In this document: positions 1 through 7,714 of the stretch, one piece after another
How the letters are laid out: each line of letters begins with the position of its first letter
How positions within the stretch are numbered: position 1 is the first letter of the stretch
Sequence record: LC819008.1
DNA: 64,000 nt
Reading direction: 5' to 3' (one strand)
Notes under the pieces: model-generated
What the model saw: the letters and a program-made list of their open reading frames with translations, nothing else
Database searches by the model: none
What the model was told of the DNA's origin: nothing
Program-made: the position numbers and the translations under genes

Positions 1-1
1 T

Positions 2-1504
2 CTCAAGATCATCACGCTCCTGCACCTCGAATCACAGATCGAAGGTGAGAATGCACGATCGTCTGACTTGGCTACCAGCCTGCTCGCCACCGTCAAAATT
101 CCTGAGGCCGACGTGGGCCTCATAGACAGTGAACGAGAGATTATTGGCTCGCTCTACAACATATGTCGCAAACTCGCCACCGCTACGCCGGGCGACGAGA
201 TGGACAAATCAGACCTCCTTCAGGAAGTCCGGTTGCATTGTGGCAGTGAAATCGATCTGTTCGAATCCTTCAAAGAAGGGATCGCGATTGAACTATCACA
301 AGATGGTCTCAAAAAGCGTGTTGGCTTCATCCGTAAAGAGCTCAAATCGTATCTGCATTACGAGGGTACGAAAAAGCGCATCATGGATGCTGCTCATGCG
401 CTGCGTTTCAAGGAGAACTCGATTGAAGATATGGACAAGTATCTTCGCGACTTCTCAACTGACATTGAATCATCGCTCAGTAAATCCAGCAAGCAGGACG
501 AAGCTATTCTCGGCACAATCGACATGGCAGATAAAGAGTCGGTTGTGAAAGCTGCATGTTCCGTGTCAGATGAGCAATCGGGTGCCGGTAAGCTCAAGAC
601 GCATTTGCAAGATCTGAATGACATGATGAATGGCGGCATGCGCCGTGGTGAATTCGTCTGTACTTCGGCTCTTCCGCACAATAACAAGACCGGCTTTTCG
701 TTGGACATCTTCGCTGGTGTCGCAATCAACAACGATCCGTATCTGATTGATCCGAAGAAGAAGCCTTTGCTTCTGCGCATCTCGTTCGAAGATGACGTCG
801 AAATGAACTTCAACCACCTCTATAAGCACTTCTGGGAACAGGAGCATGGCGAGGTGGCAGTGATGGTCGGCAAATCGGAAGACGAAATCGCCCAGTACGT
901 CATGGACAAGATGACGGCACGTGGCTGGCATGTTCGAATGTACAAGGTTGACCCTTCGATGTGGTCGATCTTCGATCTGTTTGCATTCGTGCGCGATCTG
1001 GAATCGCAGGGTTATGAAATTGCCCTGTGTATGCTGGACTATATGCGGAAGATGCCGACTACGGGCTGCGTACAGGGCATTGCAGGCGCTGACGTCAGAG
1101 ACATGGCTCGTCGTTGCCGTAACTTCTTCAATGCCCGTAAAACGGCGTTTTACACGCCGCACCAGATCTCGACTCAGGCTAAGGAAATCCAACGTTCGGT
1201 GCCTAAGGACTTTGTCAAGATGCTGCCGGGTGGTGGTTACTACGACGGCTGTAAGAGTCTGGACGCAGAAATCGATCTGGAAATCTTCCAGCATATCGAG
1301 AAGCACAATGGTCATTCGTATCTGACCTTGCAGCGTGGCAAGCATCGTAACGCTCCGGTACTGGCAGAAGAACTGAAGTATCTGGTTTACCAATTCTACG
1401 ACATCGGTGGTATTCCTCCTGACATTGGCGGAGAGCGTTCCGGTTTGCGTAAGGTTGGTGGCAAGCGTGCTTCGGAAGCTGAAACCGATTTCGATTGGCT
1501 TTAA
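2..1504 (+). CDS. dnaB: DnaB-like replicative helicase, phiKZ type (5'-truncated by the window edge)
   Basis: Frame is open from position 2 (LKIITLLHLESQ...). Degenerate Walker A SALPHNNKTG, Walker B LCMLDY, YTPHQIS and QRGKHR motifs of RecA-fold DnaB helicases of phiKZ-like phages. Confidence 0.9.
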   Translation, partial: LKIITLLHLESQIEGENARSSDLATSLLATVKIPEADVGLIDSEREIIGSLYNICRKLATATPGDEMDKSDLLQEVRLHCGSEIDLFESFKEGIAIELSQDGLKKRVGFIRKELKSYLHYEGTKKRIMDAAHALRFKENSIEDMDKYLRDFSTDIESSLSKSSKQDEAILGTIDMADKESVVKAACSVSDEQSGAGKLKTHLQDLNDMMNGGMRRGEFVCTSALPHNNKTGFSLDIFAGVAINNDPYLIDPKKKPLLLRISFEDDVEMNFNHLYKHFWEQEHGEVAVMVGKSEDEIAQYVMDKMTARGWHVRMYKVDPSMWSIFDLFAFVRDLESQGYEIALCMLDYMRKMPTTGCVQGIAGADVRDMARRCRNFFNARKTAFYTPHQISTQAKEIQRSVPKDFVKMLPGGGYYDGCKSLDAEIDLEIFQHIEKHNGHSYLTLQRGKHRNAPVLAEELKYLVYQFYDIGGIPPDIGGERSGLRKVGGKRASEAETDFDWL

Positions 1505-1523
1505 AGCAAAAAAAAATAAGAGT

Positions 1524-1547
1524 CTCTACTCCCTCACGGGAGTAGAG
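1524..1547. terminator. Hairpin terminator between convergent genes
   Basis: CTCTACTCCC-TCAC-GGGAGTAGAG, 10-bp perfect stem; A-tract at 1508-1517 gives a U-tract on the minus strand. Confidence 0.8.
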
Positions 1548-1565
1548 CTCTGGCCTTATGTCGGC

Positions 1566-2426
1566 TTAGTGCAAGTTCGTGCCCATGACTTCATCGGGAA
1601 CGAAATCGCTATAAAGCTTGTCGGCATCCGTCCCAGGTTGGTCCGAATAAACTCGGGAGAAAAGATCCCGATCGTTGACAGACATGAAGCAGGTTCCGGT
1701 AACCATGTCCGACGGATTTTGACTCGAAGCAGGAATCACCGAGAATTCCCACAGATAGCCGAACGACAATCCAGGAGCGCTGGGAAGTCGAGCTTTTCCA
1801 GGAGTGAGCGTCGATGCGACACGGATCGGAACATTCCGACCTTTAGTCACGGCTTCGACGATACTCATGCCGAAATGCATCTGGATTTTCTTGACAGGAG
1901 AGTTCGATGCCTTATTGGAAACGAAATCGATAATCTCCTTCGGATCCGTCATGGTTATTTTCTTTCTGGCGGAGAGAGATGTACCAAGACTCGTCTTGAC
2001 GTCGTTCGGAATATGCGTCACGCCTTCAGGCAGACTGTAGGAGGCAGTGACGATACCGTCCAATTGGGGATCGGATTGTATTGCGGCTGCCAATCGATGA
2101 ACTTCTGCATCGAAGTCCATGATTTCATCGAACTTATCACGCAAAGCCGTGGCGCGTGACTTGAAGCCTTTCTCGTCGAAATCCTGACCGCTGAATTCGG
2201 CCCTCAGTTCGCCGACCACTGTATCGACATCCTTCTTGAGAGTCTGCTGGTACACCTGAAATCTCGACTGGAGATTCTCAGCCGTGGTGAAGTAGTGTGC
2301 GAATTTTTCGCCACGATCTTCTTTCAGCTGTTTCGTAACGTCAACGATTCCCGCGATGTTACGAATCATTGCTGCGATCAGAGCCTTGTGCTCTTCGTAA
2401 CGTTCTTCAACTTTAAGCTTTTTCAT
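1566..2426 (-). CDS. Hypothetical protein, N-terminal coiled coil
   Basis: Long ORF; start moved to ATG 2426 (MKKLKVEE), downstream of the hairpin and AAGG. Confidence 0.75.
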   Translation of the reverse strand: MKKLKVEERYEEHKALIAAMIRNIAGIVDVTKQLKEDRGEKFAHYFTTAENLQSRFQVYQQTLKKDVDTVVGELRAEFSGQDFDEKGFKSRATALRDKFDEIMDFDAEVHRLAAAIQSDPQLDGIVTASYSLPEGVTHIPNDVKTSLGTSLSARKKITMTDPKEIIDFVSNKASNSPVKKIQMHFGMSIVEAVTKGRNVPIRVASTLTPGKARLPSAPGLSFGYLWEFSVIPASSQNPSDMVTGTCFMSVNDRDLFSRVYSDQPGTDADKLYSDFVPDEVMGTNLH

Positions 2427-2452
2427 CAAAATACCTTTTAAAAAGAATACAT

Positions 2453-2482
2453 ACAGACAGATGCCAAATGGCATCTGTCTGT
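2453..2482 (-). terminator. Hairpin terminator ending the winged-helix operon
   Basis: ACAGACAGATGCC-AAAT-GGCATCTGTCTGT, 13-bp perfect stem. Confidence 0.75.
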
Positions 2483-2492
2483 GATCAAGAGG

Positions 2493-2687
2493 TTATGCGC
2501 CTTTAACTTGCTTCTCTCGAATCAAGCGGACCATCCGCTTGTAGACTTCGACGAAGGTAAAACGATATCCTGCTTTAGCCAGAGCGTTTTCAACGTCTTC
2601 GGCCGGAGTCAGAATACCGTTTTTGTTCATCGCGTCCAGAATGATCGCTTCGATCTTGGCCTCGTCGAGTTGGAGCGGAGTCGTCAT
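2493..2687 (-). CDS. Small winged-helix-like protein (Fur/ArgR-like N-terminal pattern)
   Basis: 64 aa; TPAEDVENALAKAGYRFTFVEVYKRMVRL resembles the Fur HTH helices; ATGA overlap with the upstream gene. Confidence 0.55.
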   Translation of the reverse strand: MTTPLQLDEAKIEAIILDAMNKNGILTPAEDVENALAKAGYRFTFVEVYKRMVRLIREKQVKGA

Positions 2688-3004
2688 GACTTGAAGCCGC
2701 CATCGAGCAACATCGGATGAACTTCTCGAACAAGATGATAGAAGTCATCCGTGAGGATGTATTCCTCGCCTTTCAATTCGAGAACGCCCTTGTCTAGCAA
2801 CCAATCCAGATGCATTTCAGCCACGTCCATCGGAAGACTACGAGTCTGATACGCCGACAGCAAACTTTCGATCGTAGCTGGACGATCGAAGATCACGTAG
2901 CGAATCAGCCGGAGCCGATGGTCCATTAGACGAAGCTCCCGACCATAACGAATACAGTCGGAAGCCAGTTCGCGGATTTCCGGATCTTCTTTATTCAGAG
3001 GCAT
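2684..3004 (-). CDS. Winged-helix-like protein
   Basis: MHLDWLLDKGVLELKGEEYILTDDF: recognition helix, Gly turn and wing pattern. Confidence 0.6.
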   Translation of the reverse strand: MPLNKEDPEIRELASDCIRYGRELRLMDHRLRLIRYVIFDRPATIESLLSAYQTRSLPMDVAEMHLDWLLDKGVLELKGEEYILTDDFYHLVREVHPMLLDGGFKS

Positions 3005-3392
3005 CTTTCACCTCAGCAGAAGCCGAGACGGGCGGCGTTGAATGCGTAACGTACTCGGCGATCAGTTCCATCATCGAATCCGTCAGCACGTAGCCCTTCT
3101 TGGTCGGATGGGCCACGCCGTCGACATGCAGATCCACCAGCAAGTTGCTGATATTCATCTGCGGCATGAAGACGTTTGCTTCACGCATCTTCTTGAGCAG
3201 CAGGTTTTCGTTGATGGGTTTGTTTTCGCCGAGATACAACGTACGGACGATGAAACCCGAAGCCGTGATGTTCGCATGGCCGCCGTAACCTTCAATGGTC
3301 TTGGTTTCGACGGATTCCTTGCTACGAAAGCACGCTGCCGCCATCGACTGGATCCGTCGGAAGCCCTTGCCGTTTCGATCGATTTTTAGCAT
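2991..3392 (-). CDS. Winged-helix-like protein
   Basis: NLLVDLHVDGVAHPTKKGYVLTDSMMELI; start moved to ATG 3392 with GAGG upstream. Confidence 0.55.
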   Translation of the reverse strand: MLKIDRNGKGFRRIQSMAAACFRSKESVETKTIEGYGGHANITASGFIVRTLYLGENKPINENLLLKKMREANVFMPQMNISNLLVDLHVDGVAHPTKKGYVLTDSMMELIAEYVTHSTPPVSASAEVKDASE

Positions 3393-3720
3393 TTTTAATT
3401 GAAACCTCAAAAATAAGTTCTCTCATGTCCTGCGTTAGCTTGAACATGTTTCCCGGAAGGGAGTGTACTGCACCACGGTCTTTCAGAAACCGAAACGCCT
3501 TTTTGACATTATAGTCGGTGGCGCTGGTAATCTTTGCATGCCTCAGGTCAACTGCTACCTGAATGAAGTTATAGGGCTGGTCAGGAAAAACCAGTAAGCG
3601 TTTTAAAACCAGGACGCTTAGTCCGCCCTGAAAGCCTGATACCATTGTTGCTTGTTGGGCTAACTCACGCATCTGCGCGTCTGCTTTATTGAGCTTAGGT
3701 TGTTCTTTCAGGGCCGACAT
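3322..3720 (-). CDS. Winged-helix-like protein
   Basis: KAFRFLKDRGAVHSLPGNMFKLTQDMRELI; GGAG upstream; 3' end overlaps the next gene by 71 nt. Confidence 0.55.
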   Translation of the reverse strand: MSALKEQPKLNKADAQMRELAQQATMVSGFQGGLSVLVLKRLLVFPDQPYNFIQVAVDLRHAKITSATDYNVKKAFRFLKDRGAVHSLPGNMFKLTQDMRELIFEVSIKNAKNRSKRQGLPTDPVDGGSVLS

Positions 3721-3729
3721 TAGTCGCTC

Positions 3730-4059
3730 CTAGTGTTTAGTCATCGCCTGAGAAAGAATCAGGTCGAAGATCGACGTCATCTCCGGATGGAGGCGATACG
3801 CCACGTTCGGAAACGAAGTCTTGGTTGCGAGAATGCCCTTCTGCAGCAGATCCGTACATGCGTCACGCAGCATGTCGGTGATGTGGATACTGTCGCATCC
3901 ATAGATAGCGAATGCCATGTCTTGAAGCGACTTGGATTCACCATCCTTATCCTTCAGGTAGAACACTACCTTGTGCTGGGTATCCCAGTTGTCTTGCGGC
4001 TTTGCTGCAATGATGACGGCTTCTGCCATCTGGCGGCGCCACATTTGTTGTGCTGACAT
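3730..4059 (-). CDS. Winged-helix-like protein
   Basis: DACTDLLQKGILATKTSFPNVAYRLHPEM; GAGG SD upstream. Confidence 0.6.
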   Translation of the reverse strand: MSAQQMWRRQMAEAVIIAAKPQDNWDTQHKVVFYLKDKDGESKSLQDMAFAIYGCDSIHITDMLRDACTDLLQKGILATKTSFPNVAYRLHPEMTSIFDLILSQAMTKH

Positions 4060-4068
4060 TTTGTCCTC

Positions 4069-4617
4069 TTATTCAAAAGCCTTCTGTTGTTTGAGGATAG
4101 CGTAAAGATCGATAGCTTCCTGCTTAGTAAGCTTCGACCTGCCTACATGGATGTGTTCGAGGTTTTGTTGTGTCTCGAACAACCACAAAACATTCTTGTA
4201 AAACTGATACAGGTCGCCGATCTTGACGTTGTTGCCTTTGACCTTGATATTGACATCGAGTAGGAATTGCTTACCCTTCTCACCCGTGTAGCTCGACATC
4301 AAACTCACGAAATCAAGCGTCAGCGAATACAGCGTTGGACGATCGCCGATAATCGTGCCCATCGGCTGCCAGCCTTTCAGAACCCCAGCATCGAGCAGGT
4401 CCTGCAAAGCAGTCTCAACTTCTGTCGTCGAGTACTTACCAAATGCCGTAAGACGATGGATGATTTCTTTACCATCGTGTCCTTCCAGATGGCGACTTTG
4501 TTCCGATACCAGCTGAACGATGCATTCTTCAGCCGTCAGATCGCTGCCATACTTGATCGATGTACATGCAACAGCAACCAGCTTCTTGATGACTGCGTTG
4601 TTTTTATCGAGTTTCAT
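4069..4617 (-). CDS. Winged-helix-like protein with an extra C-terminal domain
   Basis: TALQDLLDAGVLKG...LYSLTLDF; C-terminal IKVKG...LTKQEAIDLYAILKQ is shared with 4628-5203. Confidence 0.6.
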   Translation of the reverse strand: MKLDKNNAVIKKLVAVACTSIKYGSDLTAEECIVQLVSEQSRHLEGHDGKEIIHRLTAFGKYSTTEVETALQDLLDAGVLKGWQPMGTIIGDRPTLYSLTLDFVSLMSSYTGEKGKQFLLDVNIKVKGNNVKIGDLYQFYKNVLWLFETQQNLEHIHVGRSKLTKQEAIDLYAILKQQKAFE

Positions 4618-4627
4618 TTGCAGCCCC

Positions 4628-5203
4628 TTAATCTATGTAACGATCTTGTTTGAGAGTTTTGAGAAGCTGACGAGCTTCATCGATAGTCAGCGATGCGTGA
4701 TCGAAAAAAGGGAATCGCGCAGTATCGCCATCGAGCCCACCATCGCGTTCCCAGATCCGAATGAAATACTCAGCATGAGCGTAGAACGCACGTAGTTCAT
4801 CCATATAGACAGCCATGCCTTTAACTCGGATAGGCATGCTGAAAAGTGGAGGAGGAGTCTGCCGTGATCCATCAGGCGCTGCGTTCTTTATCTCAAGGTG
4901 GATTTTCGCGGTACTCATTGCTGCCTTGAAGTCCGGCATGAATTCGTAATTGAGGGTCGCGCGCCTCTGCGCCAGAACCCCTTCTTCAACGAGTTGATTG
5001 AGGGCGAACTCCAGCTGGCCGCGAGTTGCCGGTCTGACGAGGCTACGAACGATACCGACGAATTCATCGATGCCGATTCCATCCGGCCTGCCGAATGAGC
5101 CGAGGATTGCGACGATATGATGTTCGATCGGCGCCTCACTGTGTACTTTGTTCTCAACTGCCGAGACCGCGAGTTCGCTGATGTATTGCGGATTCACAAA
5201 CAT
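4628..5203 (-). CDS. Winged-helix-like protein with an extra C-terminal domain
   Basis: FALNQLVEEGVLAQRRATLNYEFMPDF; C-terminal IRVKG...LTIDEARQLLKTLKQ; start moved to ATG 5203 (GGAG SD, downstream of the promoter motif). Confidence 0.6.
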   Translation of the reverse strand: MFVNPQYISELAVSAVENKVHSEAPIEHHIVAILGSFGRPDGIGIDEFVGIVRSLVRPATRGQLEFALNQLVEEGVLAQRRATLNYEFMPDFKAAMSTAKIHLEIKNAAPDGSRQTPPPLFSMPIRVKGMAVYMDELRAFYAHAEYFIRIWERDGGLDGDTARFPFFDHASLTIDEARQLLKTLKQDRYID

Positions 5204-5252
5204 TTTGGCTCCGTGAAAGGAATTGTAAAGTTTACTACAGGGATTCACGGCA

Positions 5253-5260
5253 GTTATATA
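5253..5260 (-). promoter_or_regulatory. Putative phiKZ-type early promoter variant (TATATAAC)
   Basis: Minus strand ATTTCAGACA-TATATAAC; same context as the TATATTAC copies. Confidence 0.55.
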
Positions 5261-5282
5261 TGTCTGAAATAAAATGCATACT

Positions 5283-5312
5283 CATACACACTGGCGCAAG
5301 CCAGTGTGTATG
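5283..5312 (-). terminator. Hairpin terminator
   Basis: CATACACACTGG-CGCAAG-CCAGTGTGTATG, 12-bp perfect stem. Confidence 0.75.
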
Positions 5313-5320
5313 ATGAACGC

Positions 5321-5641
5321 TTATGCTGCGATTTTAAAATTGCAAATACGGTCGATCTCCAGCCGAGTCCGCAAACGCAGACGCGACTCCTTATGCAGGC
5401 GTACGTGATTGATGGAGAAGATACGACGTTCAACCTTGTATCCCTCCGGAGTCACGAAACGACTCTTCAGGTAACCCCGTTTTTCGAGAAGCTCCAACGC
5501 CTCCATCAGACCGTCAGCAGACAACTTACCTTCTGCATCACGGACGATGTCGGACGAAGTCTTCTCGACCCCGTAAGGCGCTTTAAGAAGATCAAGAATC
5601 TGTTCTTCCAGCGCTGTTAGTTTTTGTTGGTCCAGTTCCAT
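5321..5641 (-). CDS. Winged-helix protein (PadR/ArsR-like pattern)
   Basis: LEEQILDLLK...TSSDIVRD...LMEALELLEKRGYLKSRF...RRIFSI. Confidence 0.65.
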   Translation of the reverse strand: MELDQQKLTALEEQILDLLKAPYGVEKTSSDIVRDAEGKLSADGLMEALELLEKRGYLKSRFVTPEGYKVERRIFSINHVRLHKESRLRLRTRLEIDRICNFKIAA

Positions 5642-5670
5642 TTTCTAAGGTCTCGTAGAAGTTCTTGTTA

Positions 5671-5847
5671 TTAGACCCGTGCGGTGTTGTTCATTGACTT
5701 CTGGTCACCGTGCCTGTTGCGACTCGTGAGACCATTGGGATGAACATCCGATTTCTCGGTTTGTTTGATGTCCTGCCTGATTGCAGGGCTGAGTGGATTC
5801 TCGGCTTTAAAGCCGCCCCACTTTGTGGTGCCGTTTCCTGGTGACAT
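5671..5847 (-). CDS. Small hydrophilic hypothetical protein (58 aa, not in the ORF track)
   Basis: ATG 5847 preceded by AAGGA; translates MSPGNGTTKWGGFKAENP...NNTARV; fills an otherwise empty 300-nt gap. Confidence 0.5.
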   Translation of the reverse strand: MSPGNGTTKWGGFKAENPLSPAIRQDIKQTEKSDVHPNGLTSRNRHGDQKSMNNTARV

Positions 5848-5902
5848 TTTTATTACCCGTCCTTACTGGTGAAAAACCACAGGATCAGCGAAAAAAATAA
5901 TA

Positions 5903-5924
5903 GTCCGCCCCGTTAAGAGCGGAC
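5903..5924 (-). terminator. Rho-independent terminator
   Basis: GTCCGC/GCGGAC stem with adjacent A-tract (U-tract on the minus strand). Confidence 0.6.
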
Positions 5925-5940
5925 CCTCCATTAACGCAGA

Positions 5941-6108
5941 TTAACTGCGTTTCTTAGCTGCCCGAGACTTGCTGATGTGGGCTTCTATTTTTTTGTCTTC
6001 TTCCATCAGTTTTCGAGCTTGTTCTTGAGTCATGTGATGCCGCTTTGCAATATCTTCATTGTGAGCGGCTGCCTGAAACAACTTCCGTTGAGACGGTGTA
6101 TACGGCAT
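5941..6108 (-). CDS. Small basic phage protein
   Basis: MPYTPSQRKLFQAAAHNEDIAKRH; AGGAG SD; resembles a recurrent small phage family (MPxxSxxQxxFxxAxAHN), function unknown. Confidence 0.65.
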   Translation of the reverse strand: MPYTPSQRKLFQAAAHNEDIAKRHHMTQEQARKLMEEDKKIEAHISKSRAAKKRS

Positions 6109-6194
6109 TTTCAAACTCCTCAATGGAAAAAATGCGACCGAACCCCGAAGGATCCGATCGCCCAACTTACCGGGCTGAGGCTCCCGGTAATTCT

Positions 6195-7640
6195 TTACTG
6201 CTGTTCGCCATCCGGACCCGGATAGATATCCGGCTTCTTATGCAAAGATGAATGGCGCACTTCACCATCATCCATCGACTTATCGGCAGTAAATGGCGCC
6301 GTGCCTTCGATGATTGCTGGACCACTCGCCAAATATGCATCCGTTTCTTCAAGCAAAGGGCCGGGTTCGACACCTGGGAAAGTTCCCCAGACGTGAGCGA
6401 TCAACGTACGCTTGATCGTTTCGAACTGCGACATGCGTTCTTCTTCTGTGCCTTCCAGATAGAAGAGACTCGGCGACAGGTAGTTCTCGACGGCCTGACG
6501 GACCAGCAGGAGCTGTTTGTAGTCCGGATACTGCTGAAGCTTCACGCCTTCATGACCTGCCGATTGACGCATCTGACCAGAAATCAGTTTCTTCGCCGAA
6601 GAACGCGAGGCAACCATGGCGTCATAGAACTGGGTGAAGTTGGGAGTTCGGTCGTGTGTATCGTGCGCTACCATCTGGTCCTTGTAGACAACATTCGGAA
6701 CCAGATTCTTTTCGACGATGCGAACGGTAGCACCGATACATTGTTGCTGGAACAAAGATTCCCACGGTTCGGGCTTCACAGCCGTCTCGTATTGTTCATC
6801 GTTCCAGGTAACCGGGATACCCAGCACCCGAAGCTTATCGGCGATGATACCGCACAATGCCGACTTACCCACGCCGGTACGACCCATCACCACGACACGA
6901 ATGTCCCCACCATTCAGGTAGTCGAGCGGAAGACCCTGACGACCCAGAACAGCCAATGTCCATGCCACGGCACCATCCCACATGACGCGAGCATTCTTCG
7001 TGTCATAATGACCGTACTGATTAGGATAGTGCGGATGGTCCGGATCGTAACGCTGGACATCCTTGATGAAGTTCTGCTGACGTGCGAACGATTCGAACGC
7101 CTTGGTATCGTCGACGATGACGTCCGGCCGCTGTTCGATCAAACCGGTCTGCCAGCCATATGGCTCGATCTTGACTTCATGATAGCGGGCCAGTTGACGA
7201 ACGTAAGCGACCGCATCGGACTCGTGCCAGAAATCGACGGAGTGTTTTACCATTCCGTTTTCGTAGCGCGAATAGACGCCGTAGCCTTTCGTTTCATCAT
7301 TAGCGCCGTCCATCTGAATTTCGATGGAACCCTGCTCCAGTTCCTTAAACGGAGCAAGCTGAAGACCGATGATCTTACCCGCCTTTTTATCGACGGTATG
7401 TTGGCCGATGTAGACAGGTATTTTGTATTCGTAGGCGAGGTTAGTCGCCGTTGCTGCAGCCCGACCGATGTCGGTAAAGTAATTCGGATCGACTGGACTC
7501 AGGCTGCCGTCTTCGTGTTCCCAGAACAGAATCCAGCCAGCGAACCCGCGTTCGCCCTTCGCTTCAAATGCAGCGACTACTTCACCATCGAGGTTTTTCA
7601 CTGCGGGAATAACGCGAACCGACTTTGCTTTGTTCTGCAT
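6195..7640 (-). CDS. Multidomain hypothetical protein with a Walker A-like motif
   Basis: VVVMGRTGVGKS at 6861-6884; duplicated N-terminal segment; start probably ATG 7640. Confidence 0.7.
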   Translation of the reverse strand: MQNKAKSVRVIPAVKNLDGEVVAAFEAKGERGFAGWILFWEHEDGSLSPVDPNYFTDIGRAAATATNLAYEYKIPVYIGQHTVDKKAGKIIGLQLAPFKELEQGSIEIQMDGANDETKGYGVYSRYENGMVKHSVDFWHESDAVAYVRQLARYHEVKIEPYGWQTGLIEQRPDVIVDDTKAFESFARQQNFIKDVQRYDPDHPHYPNQYGHYDTKNARVMWDGAVAWTLAVLGRQGLPLDYLNGGDIRVVVMGRTGVGKSALCGIIADKLRVLGIPVTWNDEQYETAVKPEPWESLFQQQCIGATVRIVEKNLVPNVVYKDQMVAHDTHDRTPNFTQFYDAMVASRSSAKKLISGQMRQSAGHEGVKLQQYPDYKQLLLVRQAVENYLSPSLFYLEGTEEERMSQFETIKRTLIAHVWGTFPGVEPGPLLEETDAYLASGPAIIEGTAPFTADKSMDDGEVRHSSLHKKPDIYPGPDGEQQ

Positions 7641-7672
7641 GTTGTACACCTTTTAAAAAGAGACATAGAGCA

Positions 7673-7700
7673 TAGACAGATGCCCGAAGGCATCTGTCTA
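7673..7700 (-). terminator. Hairpin terminator with UUCG loop
   Basis: TAGACAGATGCC-CGAA-GGCATCTGTCTA; stem nearly identical to 2453-2482. Confidence 0.75.
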
Positions 7701-7714
7701 TTCGCGCTTCGACG

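Noticed and set aside
2-1504. Non-canonical Walker A (ALPHNNKT) in the helicase
   Set aside because: A degenerate P-loop of this kind is typical of phiKZ-type DnaB homologues, so it is neither novel nor a sign of a pseudogene.
5642-5900. Apparent 300-nt non-coding gap as a possible ncRNA
   Set aside because: It is largely filled by a 58-codon ORF with an SD (5671-5847).
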